Positions 52,801 through 64,000 of a DNA stretch of 64,000 nucleotides are shown here, piece by piece. The DNA is from Chiloscyllium plagiosum (Eukaryota): positions 35,097,994-35,161,993 of the forward strand of contig NC_057714.1 of the NCBI RefSeq assembly GCF_004010195.1, written 5' to 3'. The first letter of the stretch is position 1; each line of letters begins with the position of its first letter. The translations under genes and the position numbers were made by a program. The notes under the pieces are model-generated. The model was given only the letters and a program-made list of their open reading frames with translations, made no database searches and was not told where the DNA came from.

Positions 52801-53280
52801 ATTTCTTCCCTAACGCTAACATTCCTAATTACCAAATTTCTTTTCTTATACCATGATTCACCAGATTCTAATTTTCTGTTGTGTCTTTCACCGTGAAGAA
52901 AAAACTGCAAACTCTAAACTCAATGTCTATGTAATTTTCATATTTGCAATTCTAATTACATCCAGGATTGAAGGTGTCTGGATATAACAATTTCATTCCC
53001 GCTTGCCACTCTGCTTGTCTGTAAAGTAATATGCATCAAAAACTAATAGACAGGTTTCGATGAAATGTCCTAAACAGAATATAACACAAGAAAGCACTGA
53101 TTAGCTTCTGAAAAGATGCACATCCTTAGAAACCTTTTTGTAAGGTAAGCATTAACTGTGAGAAATAGAATCATAGACGGAAACAGACCCTTTGGTCCAA
53201 CTCATCCATATTAAACAGAAATCCTAACCTAAATAAATTTAGACCCATTTGTTGGCATTTGGCCCCTATCCCTCTCCCTA

Positions 53281-54208
53281 GGCTGGATGGGATTTATCCG
53301 AGGACTCTCTGGGAAGCAAGGGAGGATTTGGCGGAGGCTTTGGCTTTGATCTTTAAGTTATCATTGTTTACAGGTTTAGTACCAAAGGACTGGAGGATTG
53401 CAAATGTTGTGCCCTTGTTCAAGTAGAGATGACCCAGGTAATTATAGAGCAGTGAGCCTTATGTTTGTTGTAGGAAAAGTTTTGGAAAGATAGAATTTAT
53501 AATCATCTAACAAGCAACAATTTGATTGGAGATAGTCAACATGGTTTCATCAAGGGCAGGTTGAGTCTCACAAACCTCATTGAGTTTTTTGAGCATGTGG
53601 ATGAGGGCCGGGCAGTTGACATGGTGTACATGGACTTCAGTAAAACTTTTAATAAGGAAACATATGATAAGCCTTTGGAGAAAATGTAGAGGCATGGGAT
53701 TGAGCGTGATTTAGCAGTTTGGATTAGAAACTGGCTTTCTGTAAGAAGGCAGTGAGTGCTGGTTGATGGAAAATATTCAGCCTGGAGTCTGGTTACTAGT
53801 GGTGTGCCACAAGGATCTGTTTTGGGACAACTGCCGTTTGTCATTTTAATAAGTGATTTGTACGCAGGCATGAGTAGATGGATTAACAAGTTTGCAGATG
53901 ACACTAAAGTCGGTGGAGTGGTGGACAGTGTGGAAGAACGTTGCAGGTTGCAAGAAAACTTGGATAAATTGAAGAATTGGGCTGAAAGGTGTCAAATGGA
54001 GTTCAATGCAGATAAATGTGAGGTGATTCACTTTGGGAAAATAACAGGAAGGCAGAATACTGGCCAATAGAAAGATTCTTGGTAGTGTGGATGTGCGGAA
54101 GGATCTTGGTGTCCATGTATATAGATCACTGAAAGTTGTCACCCAGGTTGATAGTGCTGTTAAGAAGGCATATAGTGTATTAGGTTTTATTGGTAGAGGG
54201 ATTGAGTT
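53281..54208 (+). mobile_element. CR1 LINE RT domain fragment
   Basis: QHGFIKGRLSLTNLIEFF, VYMDFSK, SGVPQGSVLG, KFADDTK. Confidence 0.95.
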
Positions 54209-54209
54209 C

Positions 54210-54514
54210 TGTTAGCACAGCTGCCTCACAGCACCAGGGTCCCAGGTTCAATTCCAGCCTGGGTGACTGTCTGTGTGGAGTTTGCACATTCTCCCCGTGT
54301 CTGCGTGGGTTTCTTCTAGGTGCTCCAGTTTCTGCCCACAGTCCAAAGATGTGTAGGCCAGGTGAATTGGTCATGCTATGTTGCCCATAGTGTTAGTTGC
54401 ATTAGTCAGAGGGAAATGGGTCTGGATGGATTACTCTTTAGAGGGGCGGTGTGGACTTGTTGGGCCAAAGGGCCTGTTTCCACACTGTAGGGAATCTAAT
54501 CTAATCTAATCTAA
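54210..54514 (+). mobile_element. HE1/V-SINE; a second partial copy lies at 54635-54880
   Basis: B-box region, V-domain and (CTAAT)n tail. Confidence 0.93.
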
Positions 54515-55000
54515 TATAAACATTTCCTATTCATGTATCCATTCAAATGCCTTTTAAATTGTGTAGTTGTACCAGCCTCCATCACCTCCTCTGGCAGCTT
54601 GTTCCATGCATTCAATACTCTGTGAAAAATCTGCGTCTGTGTGGAGTTTGCACATTCTCCCCGTGTCTGCGTGGGTTTCTTCTGGGTGCTCCAGTTTCTG
54701 CCCACAGTCCAAAGATGTGTAGGCCAGGTGAATTGGTCATGCTAAGTTGCCCATAGTGTTAGTTGCATTAGTCAGAGGGAAATGGGTCTGGATGGATTAC
54801 TCTTTAGAGGGGTGGTGTGGACTTGTTGGGCCAAAGGGCCTGTTTCCACACTGTAGGGAATCTAATCTAATCTAATCTAATATAAACATTTCCTATTCAT
54901 GTATCCATTCAAATGCCTTTTAAATTGTGTAGTTGTACCAGCCTCCATCACCTCCTCTGGCAGCTTGTTCCATGCATTCAATACTCTGTGAAAAATCTGC
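54269..55000 (+). repeat. 366-bp tandem duplication (54269-54634 and 54635-55000)
   Basis: The SINE-plus-CR1 junction is duplicated with about 3 mismatches. Confidence 0.95.
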
Positions 55001-56610
55001 CATCCCAGGTTCCTTTTAAGTCTTTTCCCTCTCATCTGAAACCTATGCCCTCTTGTTTTGTATTCCCATAGCCCGGCAAAAAGACTTTGTCTATTTATCC
55101 TATCCATGCCCCTCATGATTTTATAAACCTCTAGAATGTCACCCATCAGCCTCCAACACTCCAGGAAGAAAATCCTCAGCCTATTCAACCTCCGCACATA
55201 GCGCAAACCCTCTAATCCTGGCAACATTCTGGTAAATCTCTTCTGAAATTTTTCAAGTTTAACAACATCTTTCCTGTAGCAGGTTAGGGTAGGTGAGGGG
55301 GAAGGTGTTGGCTGCTTCACTTGGAAAGATTATTTAGGCCCTTGGATGGTGAGCAGGGATGACATGCTGGAGCAGGTTTTGGCCTGCTTCTTCACCTCCT
55401 CCTGCCTCTTCATCTCCTCCCTGCTCACCATCCACGGGCCTAAACAGTCTTTGCAGGTGAAGTAGTATTTCACTTGTACCTCCTCGAATCCGGTGTATTG
55501 TATTCACTGCACCCAATGTGGCCTATTCTACATTGGAGAAACCAAATGCAGACTTGGAGACTGCTTTGCAGAACATGTTCAGACTGTGCACAAGCATGAC
55601 CTTGACATTTTAACACAGCATCCTGCTTGGATGCCAATTTGTCTGTCATCAGCATGCTGCAGTGCTCTAGCAAATCACAGCGCCAGCTGAAGGAACATCT
55701 CACCTTTAGACTAGGCCCTTTACAACCTTCTGGACTAATAATGACTTCAACATCTTCAGATTGTGAGCCCATTCCCATTCCTTCCCTTTCCTTTAGCTTT
55801 ATTTGTTAAACTATCTGTTGCCATGTCCTCTCTCCCCATCCCCAACCCCCCCACTCCCGCAACCACTCCATTTGGACTGTCTGTTCTTTCCAGTCCAGCA
55901 GTTAGACACACCATTATTCTGCCATTCTCACATTCTGATCACTTAATCTACTCTATCACTATCCTTTCTCCCCCAGAAATCCTCTCCCCACCATTGCCTC
56001 CTCTACACTTCACATCAGCTCTGAAGAGTCATCTAGACTCAACATTAGATTGCTCTCATTCCACAGATGCTGCCTGACCCACTATGATTTCCACCATTTT
56101 TTTGTTTTCAGTACAGATTCTAGCATCTGCAATAATTTGCTCCTGGCTCCTTCACTACCATGTCTACCTGTGATTCCACTTTCAAGGAACTTTGCATCTG
56201 CACTCCTTGTTCTCTTTGTTCAGCAACACTCCCCAGTGCCATACCATTAACTGTAGAAGTCCTGCCCTGGTTTGCCCTATCAAAATGCAACGTCTTACAT
56301 TTATCTAAACTGAACTCCATCGGCCATTCCTAGGCCCATTGGCCCATCTGATCAAGATCCCCTTATACTCTGAGATAAGCTTTTCCACTGTCCACTACAC
56401 CTCCAATTTTGGAGTCTTCTGCAAACCTACAAACCATATCTCCTATATTTGCATTCAAATCATTTATATAAATTATGAAAAGAAACAGACTCAGCACTGA
56501 TCCTTGTGGACCACCTTGTGGTCACGGGCTCCCAGTCTGAAAAGCAGCCCTCTACCACCAGCCTCAAGCCAAATTTGTATCTAATTGGCTAGCTCCCCCG
56601 GAGTCCATGA
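54881..56610 (-). mobile_element. CR1 LINE interrupted by a Penelope fragment
   Basis: YRKDVVKLEKFQKRFTRMLPGL (54881-55280) and MEFSLDKCKTLHF (56145-56610). Confidence 0.88.
55281..56140 (+). mobile_element. Penelope GIY-YIG fragment with short 5' inversion and pseudo-LTR
   Basis: VYCIHCTQCGLFYIGETKCRLGDCFAEH; decayed hammerhead at about 56020-56050. Confidence 0.88.
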
Positions 56611-58202
56611 GGTGAATTATCTTTGTTTTTAAAGAATGTTGTCAGTTATTTTATTAAGAATGTTGTTGATTGTTTTAGAATGTTATCTTCTTACTATGGT
56701 AGAAACCATCATAAGCTGTCAGACTGAGCAGAGTTTTTAGTGTATGTTGTCTCCTCAGTGACATGTAAAATATTCATAAAAATATTTACTTATCAGCATC
56801 ATAGTTACAGAGCATCAACCAGGCATTGAAAATCCTCAAGGAATTTGTGTATAGTTGTAATAACAATGTGTAAACTTCATGTGGCAGAGGTGTGCGGTCA
56901 GTTGGACACTTTCTTGTTCTCCTGCCTCTGCCTCTAAAGAACTCAATTTACTCTTGTTCATCTCTTCCTTTTTACATGCCAATTGATGTTTCCTGAAACC
57001 GTCTCTAGCTTAGTCTTGTCTTAGCCTTTATTTCTTTCTGGATTCTAAAATTCTCAATCTACGGGGTATTCTTTTGAGCAACTTTCAATGTCTCAAGCTT
57101 TTGGGATGAGTGAATTCCAGTTTTCTAACTACCCATTGTGTGAACGGTGCTAGAAATCATATCATTTCAATCACTGGGATTCCATATGTGATAATATTTC
57201 AAGCCTAATTATAAATCCAGAAGTACGATCTAAGCATTATGCTTTACTGCAAAGAAGCTAATGTAAAACAGGGGTAGTAACATCATTGCAGCATGAATCA
57301 GGTACAGCACAATTCTATCCCATATGGCAGTTATTTCTAGTGTTCATTTATTTGAATCTTTATTGTGGTATTTCAGCCAAAAATCATGCAATGGCCAACA
57401 CAAACCAGCTTAAAAACATAAAGTTGTTTATTTATTTAACAACTAAATGCTTAAATAGGTTTCAATTTTGCAAAATCTCAGAAAACTAGAACATTATTCT
57501 CCCTGGGATTTCTCTTGAATTTAAATCATATTATGCTTGTCATTTCAAAAGTGCTTCAAAAGTGGTTATTCATAATCTGAAGCATGTACTTTAGCTTGTA
57601 ATCAGAACTGAAGATTTTAGTCAAATCAAACAATTTGGAGCTGGAAGTTCACACCTGATCCTAGACATAGCTGGTCCCTCCTTTCTCTGCTGCATTTCCA
57701 GTCAGTTTGTTCAAATAAGGTCACAAAGAACAGAATAGATCATTTAGTTTCTTGAGCCATTTCATGAGATCATTGAGCACCTGCTTTAACTAATGCAATA
57801 AAATGATGTTGAAGGTACAAACTGTATAAACTCTTCAGGAAATGTACTTAATCTGATAAAATGAAACCTCATTGAGACAGTAAAATAACCAAAATAAAGT
57901 AAGATGAGCCAACAGGCATATTCTCCATTAATATGAATTATTTTCTCAAATTTAAGGCAAGAACCTTGAGAGATCATTTTAAAAAGTTAAGGGTCAGAAC
58001 TTGTCAGAAGGCAAGCATTTTGTTTTTGGACTGAACATTTAATTAAAGCCAATTTTGTGAGCCAGGTTCATGATTCACAATCAGCCCACGCTCCTTGCTG
58101 TTAAATAGGCAGGCAGTGTGGAACCTTGATGCTACCTCTTTATTATCCTGACTGTAGCGTTGTTCTGAGTCAAGACTTTGCTGCTGGCTGCCTACACACT
58201 CA

Positions 58203-58410
58203 GCATAAGACCATAAGAGGTAGGAGCAGATGTAGGCCATTCAGCCCAATGAGTCTACTCCAGAATTCAATGAGATCATGGCTGACCTGATAATCTCCAG
58301 CTCCAATTTTCTGCCTTTTCCCTATAGTTCTCGATTCCCTTAATGATTAAAAAGCTGCCTATTTCAGCCTTGAATATATTTAATGACCCAATCTCAATAA
58401 CCCTCTCTTG
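58203..58410 (-). mobile_element. CR1 3' UTR
   Basis: Typical tail (GTAGGCCATTCAGCCC on the plus strand). Confidence 0.82.
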
Positions 58411-59660
58411 CAACAGCAGCCAAGATGCACTCGTAGCATAGTCTATCTTGTATCTGCCACCGCAGAAGCTGTTTTAGAATCATTTCCTTATGCAATATCT
58501 CACCCAAGCTTTTATCCCCATGATACAAATTTGTATATAACTTCAACACTTTTACCAATACTCTATCTCTGCTCGTCTCTTACTTCACAATTGGAGATTG
58601 TCTGGACATTTCACAATTTTCCTAGATGCATTCTTTTTAAACTTGGAAGAATGGTAGGTCTTCAATGGATCACCTGTCAGATGGAGAATGCTATATTTTT
58701 TACATATCCTTTGTGAAGCATATTGTTCCTTGGGGATCTTGTCATTAGTTCATTTTCTTATCTGGAGGATCTTAATCTCATGAAGTTTCTTTGCAGAAGA
58801 ACTCTCTGCTAACTGATTAAGTCGTCCCTTAACATCATCTCTGCAGAATATTCAAACTCATGATTGCCCATCATGGAAGACAGCTTTTCTGTGGGAACAA
58901 GTGCTTTCTTAGTTTCAGTATAATGGATTTTTAGACCAGGCAAAACCTTTCTCATTAAAAGAGAGATTCTCTATTTTGCAGCAGCTTAGATGCTTAGATG
59001 AGGCAATTTCTTCTTCTTGAGCATGGCCTGTGTCTGTCATTATTGGTCTGGCTTAAATGGAATGGTACTCATCCTTCTTGATTTGCACATCATATTATGA
59101 AATCTTCAGTCACCCTCTGCGATTGTTTGACTGGCAAAAGAAGTTTTTCACATTCTCAGTCGTATTACTGCAAGCTTGCTGCTTCCTTGGCATTATCTTT
59201 GTCAGGAGTACTGATAATTCCACTTAATCAGCATGTTCCCCAGACTCATCTGAACAACATGAGTTAAAGGGGTTCCTAAACAATATCAAATGGATTGCAC
59301 TTCTCACAAATGTTGCTGAGTTTTCTTTTCTTGTTCTTTTCCAGACCTAGCAATTGTGTATAACAGCAAATATTATCATGAGTTATAAATCTTCAGTCTC
59401 TCTTGAGGTCTCTGGCCAGCATATGGCTCACTGAACAAGGCAATGCAGAAGTGTCCCTGATGTACCATTTACTATAGATCTTATTGGAGGGAAGCTGGGA
59501 TAGGTAGTTTTCGGTCATACACAATAAAGTTTTCTTTTATTGTGGGATGCTGTTGGATGCTTACAGAATGACACAGCCGACTCACTGGACTTTTCTTTGA
59601 GCCATTCTTCAACACAGTACTGGAGAATAGTCGCACAGTCTTGGTCACAATTTTGTTCTT

Positions 59661-59975
59661 GGGACCCAGGTTCAATTCCAGCCTTGAATGACTTCTGTGT
59701 GGAGTTTGCAAGTTCTCCCTGTGTCTGTGTGGGTTTCCTCTGGGTGTTCTGGTTGCCTCCCACAGTCCAAAAATTTGCAGGTCAGGTGGATTGGCCAAGC
59801 TAAATTGCCCATCGTGTCCAGGGATGTGCAGGCTAAGGTGGGTTCACCATGGGAAATGCAGAGTTACAGGGCTGGGGAGGGTGGATCTGGGTGGGGTGCA
59901 CTTTGAAGGGTCGGTGTGGACTCGATAGGCTGAATGCCCTGCTTCCACGTTGTAGGGTTCTGATTCTTTGATTCT
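59661..59975 (+). mobile_element. HE1/V-SINE, 5' truncated
   Basis: B-box region, V-domain and tail. Confidence 0.9.
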
Positions 59976-60474
59976 TTTGGCTTGCTAAGCATTATTTTTC
60001 TTAGACACATGAAGCATTTCTCTTATACCTTCTGGTAATCTTGACAGATTCATTCTTCTGTTTGGGTTCCTCCCCAAGTTTAGGCAGCCCAATGAAGCTT
60101 TTCACTGTTTGCCCCTAGACTGGTTGGCCAACAATAATTGTTTCAAGTCCAGTTGTTCTCTTGGAAATTTCAGCCTTTCTGAAGATATTGAGACCTAAAC
60201 ATTCATGCAAGTTCAAAAGTAAATTGCACTGATTACAAACTACATAAATATTTAACTGTGTTATGCTCACTGTGTTGCAATGTAACTTGCAGTATTTCCT
60301 TATGTATGATAGTTATCCCACCAAATGATATCATCTCTGTACAGTGCTTTACCATCCATGGTAATTCGTCTGATGGGATATTGACCTTATATCAATCTTA
60401 ATTTTAACACTATAATTCATTGAAAGGAACAAGTTCTGTGAATCACAAATTATTCAGTCAAAACTTTCCCCCAT

Positions 60475-60766
60475 TAGGTTCCCTACAGTGTGGAAACAGG
60501 CCCTTCAGCCCAACTAGTCCACACTGACCCTCTGAAGAGTAATTCCCCCAGAGCCATTTCCCTCTGACTAATGCACCTAGCACTATGGGCAATTTAGCAT
60601 GACCAATTCGCCTGACCTGGACTGTGGGAATAAACTGGAGCACCTGGAGGAAACCCACGCAGACACGGGGAGAAAGTGCAAACTCCACACAGATAGTTGC
60701 CCAAGGCTGGAATCGAATCTGAGACCCGGGTGCTGTGAGGCAGCAGTGCTAACCATTGAGCCACCA
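60475..60766 (-). mobile_element. HE1/V-SINE
   Basis: Minus-strand head GGTGGCTCAATGGTTAGCACTGCTGCC and V-domain. Confidence 0.93.
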
Positions 60767-61359
60767 TTAATGCTTTGGGATCTTTTCTAAAGCAGTTTGC
60801 ATAACCATATTAAGTTCTTTTAATGTGTAGCTGCCTTTATTATTTTTATTCTTGTAGCTTTACATCTTTGTCCCATGGCTGCATATAGTGTTTGATTCAG
60901 AAGCAATTTTTTTTAGATCGCTGAGAGTTGTTTCATCCTAAGTGTCCAATCTTGTTCTTGGTATGGTTCTCCTTTGTGCATCTCAGTGCAGGTATTACTT
61001 TTCCTTTCATTTCCTCTCAATGGTGTTAACTAGTTCTTATTATTACAATTTTTTTTTAAAAACTTCATTATTTCAATATTGTATTACAGAACACAATATA
61101 TTCTGTTCTGTAAGTTTGTATTGTTGCATTAAACAACACAGTTCTAAGTTGTGTAGCTGTAGAGTTTGTTAGACTCAACAGTATTTTGCCAGTTTCTGTC
61201 ACACTGTAGTTCATTCTTCAATAATGTTTTATGTTTCAATACTTGGCTACTCTACAATGATTTGCTGTTTGTCAACTTGCAAAATTTTTCTCATTTGAAA
61301 GACTTTATCTCTGTTGTACTGAGTCTTTATAACACTGATGTGGGTATTCCCATTGCTTG

Positions 61360-61680
61360 AAAAACTTGGATTGTTTTTGCTAGAGCGTTGGAGGCTTAGG
61401 AATGACCTGATAGGAGTACATGAAATTATGAGAGGGTGGAAGTTTTTTTTTCCAGGGTGGAAAGATTAAATACTAAGGGGTGTAGGTTTAAGGTGAGAGG
61501 GGAAAAACATAAGGGAGATGTGAGAGGCAAGGTTTTACATGTTCCAAGGAGTTGCTTGGAACACGTTACCAGGGATGGTGGTAGAGGCAGATGCAACAGT
61601 TTAGTTTTGAATGGCACCATGGTTGGCACAGACATGATGGGCTGAAGGGCCTGTTCCTGTACTTTATTTTTCTATGTTCT
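61360..61680 (+). mobile_element. CR1 LINE 3' end
   Basis: RLRNDLIGVHEIMR, FKVRG and 3' UTR. Confidence 0.85.
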
Positions 61681-62024
61681 GTGTTTAATGATCAGGATGA
61701 TGGCTTCCAACCTGTATGAAGGTTATCTCGTTTTTGACAGGCAAGCAGGAGTTTTTACACTTCTTTATGAACAAAATGTATGTTTTTCAAACATTTCTCC
61801 TTTAAAACATAAAGCCTTTCTTCTGTTTGTTTTCCTTGGCTGTTGCTATGATAAATCTTTGCATCAAAATCACAGTTTAGTAAACTGAGTTATGATCCTT
61901 TTTAATTCTTAAGAATTTTCTGGGTTTTTTTCTGTGAGATTCTTTTTCTAAATGTCTGTAAATTTGCACTCTCACTTCAAATAAAATCTAAGAAATTAAA
62001 TTTAAAAGTATAAAAGAGGTTTTT

Positions 62025-62935
62025 TTTATTCATTGAGGGGATTTGGGCATCACTGGCTGGACTGGCATTTATTGCTCATTCCTTAGTGCCTGGGAGAGTG
62101 GTACTGAATTGTTGAAGTCCATTTGCTATAGGTAGACACACGATGCTTTAAGGAAGGAGTTCCAAGATTTTGACCCTGTAACACAAAAGAAATAGTGATA
62201 TATTTTAATGGTGAGTGGTTTGGAGGGGAAATTGTGGATGGTCATTTTCCTATGTATTTGCTGCCCTTGTCCTTCCAAATCTAGTTGTCATGGAATTGGC
62301 ATGGATTAATCGAGTGGCTGTTTTGTCCTGGATGGTATTAAGCCTTGTGAGTGTTGTTGGAGCTGCACTCATCCAGGCGGGTGAGGAGCATTCCATCACA
62401 CTTCTGACTTGTGCCTTGTAGATGCTGGCCATGATCTGAAGAGTTAAATGGTGAGATATTCATTGCAAGATTCATGACATTTGACCTTGTAGCTGTTGTA
62501 GTTATATGGCTAGTCTGGTTTAGTTTGTGGTGAATGATAATCCCCAGGATGTTTACAATGGGCTATTGGGCAAAGGTAATGCATTGGAATATTAAGGGGT
62601 AATGTTTAGATTCTCTCTTGTTAGGAATGGCCATTGCCTGCCCATTGTATGAACATTACTTGCTATTGTCACCTGGGATGCTGTTAAAAATCACGCAGCA
62701 CCAGGTTACAGTCCAATAAGTATATTTGGAAGTACAAGCTTTTGGAGTGCTGCTCCTTTGTCAGGACATTGTTGGACTATAACCTGGTGGTGTGTGATTT
62801 TTAACATTTGTATACTCTAGTCCAACACTGGCACCTCCATATCATAGCTTGGATGTTGTCTAAGTTTTACTGCAGTTAAACACTGATTGCTTCAACACCT
62901 GAGGGGTTGTAAATGATGCTGAGCATTATGCAAAC
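62025..62935 (-). mobile_element. CR1-Zenon/L2-like LINE 3' portion
   Basis: IYKAQVRSVMECSSPAWMSAAPTTLTRLNTIQDK. Confidence 0.82.
62682..62845. mobile_element. Penelope foldback insert (AGCU-hammerhead family)
   Basis: Inverted arms GTTAAAAATCAC...GTGATTTTTAAC; decayed minus-strand hammerhead CTGACAAAGGAGCAGCACTCCAAAAGCTT. Confidence 0.82.
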
Positions 62936-63576
62936 AGTATTGTATTATTTGGGGTTTGTCTTCATGTCTTCTGGTTATCACACGTCTTCCCTTTCCTGTC
63001 TTTCCACCAGTTTTTAAAAAAATTATCCCCCTTTCACCAAGCAATACCTAACTCTTGGGGCTATCTCCTGCTTCTTTATTGACCCTCTTTCATTAAAATC
63101 TCTGTCCTTTCCCCAGGATAGCTGACATTTTCTCCCTGTTCCTCGGCTACACCCTTCACTCTGCACCTCCTACTAGCTCGTTGTCTCTGCAGTGCTAAGA
63201 TCACTGTGCTGCTGCTCCTTCAGCTTCGGCAGAAGGACCCATTTTCTGTGTCATTTTAAAGTGGCAATGTTCTTCAAATGGTAAACAGACTTCTTCAAGA
63301 AATGTCTTCCTTCTGGTTCAACTGGAATTTTCTTCTCATGGTGGAAGACTCCATATGGTATTAAAATCTGCACCACTACTGCCATTTGGTATACACCATT
63401 GCTGCCTATATGTGGCTCTCAGCTGGTTGAGGTTATTCACTACAATCAATCCTCCTTCACCTATATAATATCTTGGGCATGTCGAATTGCAAGTGGTAGA
63501 GGAATGTAAATAGAGACAATTGTCTCAGTTTGTTGCATGATAGTTACAACTTCTACCAGATGGTGGGTTGATCAAT

Positions 63577-63760
63577 GAGCCAAAAAGGGTGGCTCTGGAA
63601 AAGCACAGTAGGTCAGGCAGCATCCGAGGAGCAGGAGAGTCAACTTTTCAGGCATAAACGTCAACTCTCTTGCTCCTTGGATGCTGCCTGGCTTGCTGTG
63701 CTTTACCAGCACCACCCTTTTTGACTCTGAGTCTCCAGCATCTGCAGTTCTCACTTTGCC
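63577..63760. mobile_element. Penelope foldback insert with 13-bp TSD
   Basis: TSD TGGGTTGATCAAT / TGGGTCAATCAAT (63564-63576 and 63761-63773); inverted arms. Confidence 0.88.
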
Positions 63761-64000
63761 TGGGTCAATCAATCTCTGAGGATCTCTTAGATGCTATATA
63801 TTTATTCGCTATGAAGGCTCATGTAGAGCTGTTTGACTCTGCCCAAAGACTCAGTGATGTCATCAGATTGTGTGGAGCTAATAACGCAAACTCTTTCACA
63901 ACTATTACAATGCTCTGGCCATCTGAAAGTAACGCAGTTAGTGGAATGGAACTGCTGCGAGCTGGTCATACTGACTTGGCTACACGTAGAAACTGCACAA

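Larger units (their letters stand above)
58420..61355 (-). mobile_element. Very old LINE, possibly RTE, interrupted by SINEs
   Basis: A-rich minus strand with weak RT/endonuclease-like remnants; low certainty. Confidence 0.35.

Overview
This is repeat-rich, AT-rich vertebrate intronic or intergenic DNA with no intact protein-coding gene that I can recognise. The repeat content points to a cartilaginous fish, probably a shark (inference): HE1/V-SINEs, SacSINE1-like DeuSINEs, HER1-like CR1 LINEs, RTE and Zenon-like LINEs, a Gypsy gag relic and solo LTR, Harbinger relics and many Penelope-like elements (PLEs). The main signal is a set of minimal type-I hammerhead ribozyme (HHR) motifs in the pseudo-LTRs of at least three PLE families. 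Four have intact cores (7831-7866, 7937-7972, 25652-25691, 42764-42798), and others show decay mostly at CpG positions. Short PLE foldback inserts carry 12-14 bp target-site duplications (TSDs). At 7427-8553 a young double-hammerhead PLE sits inside a decayed Harbinger transposase, and the pattern looks like a filled and an empty allele interleaved. Several repeat-free islands resemble conserved non-coding elements. There is one assembly gap (45627-46214). Family names come from recalled motifs, not database searches, and most repeat boundaries are approximate.
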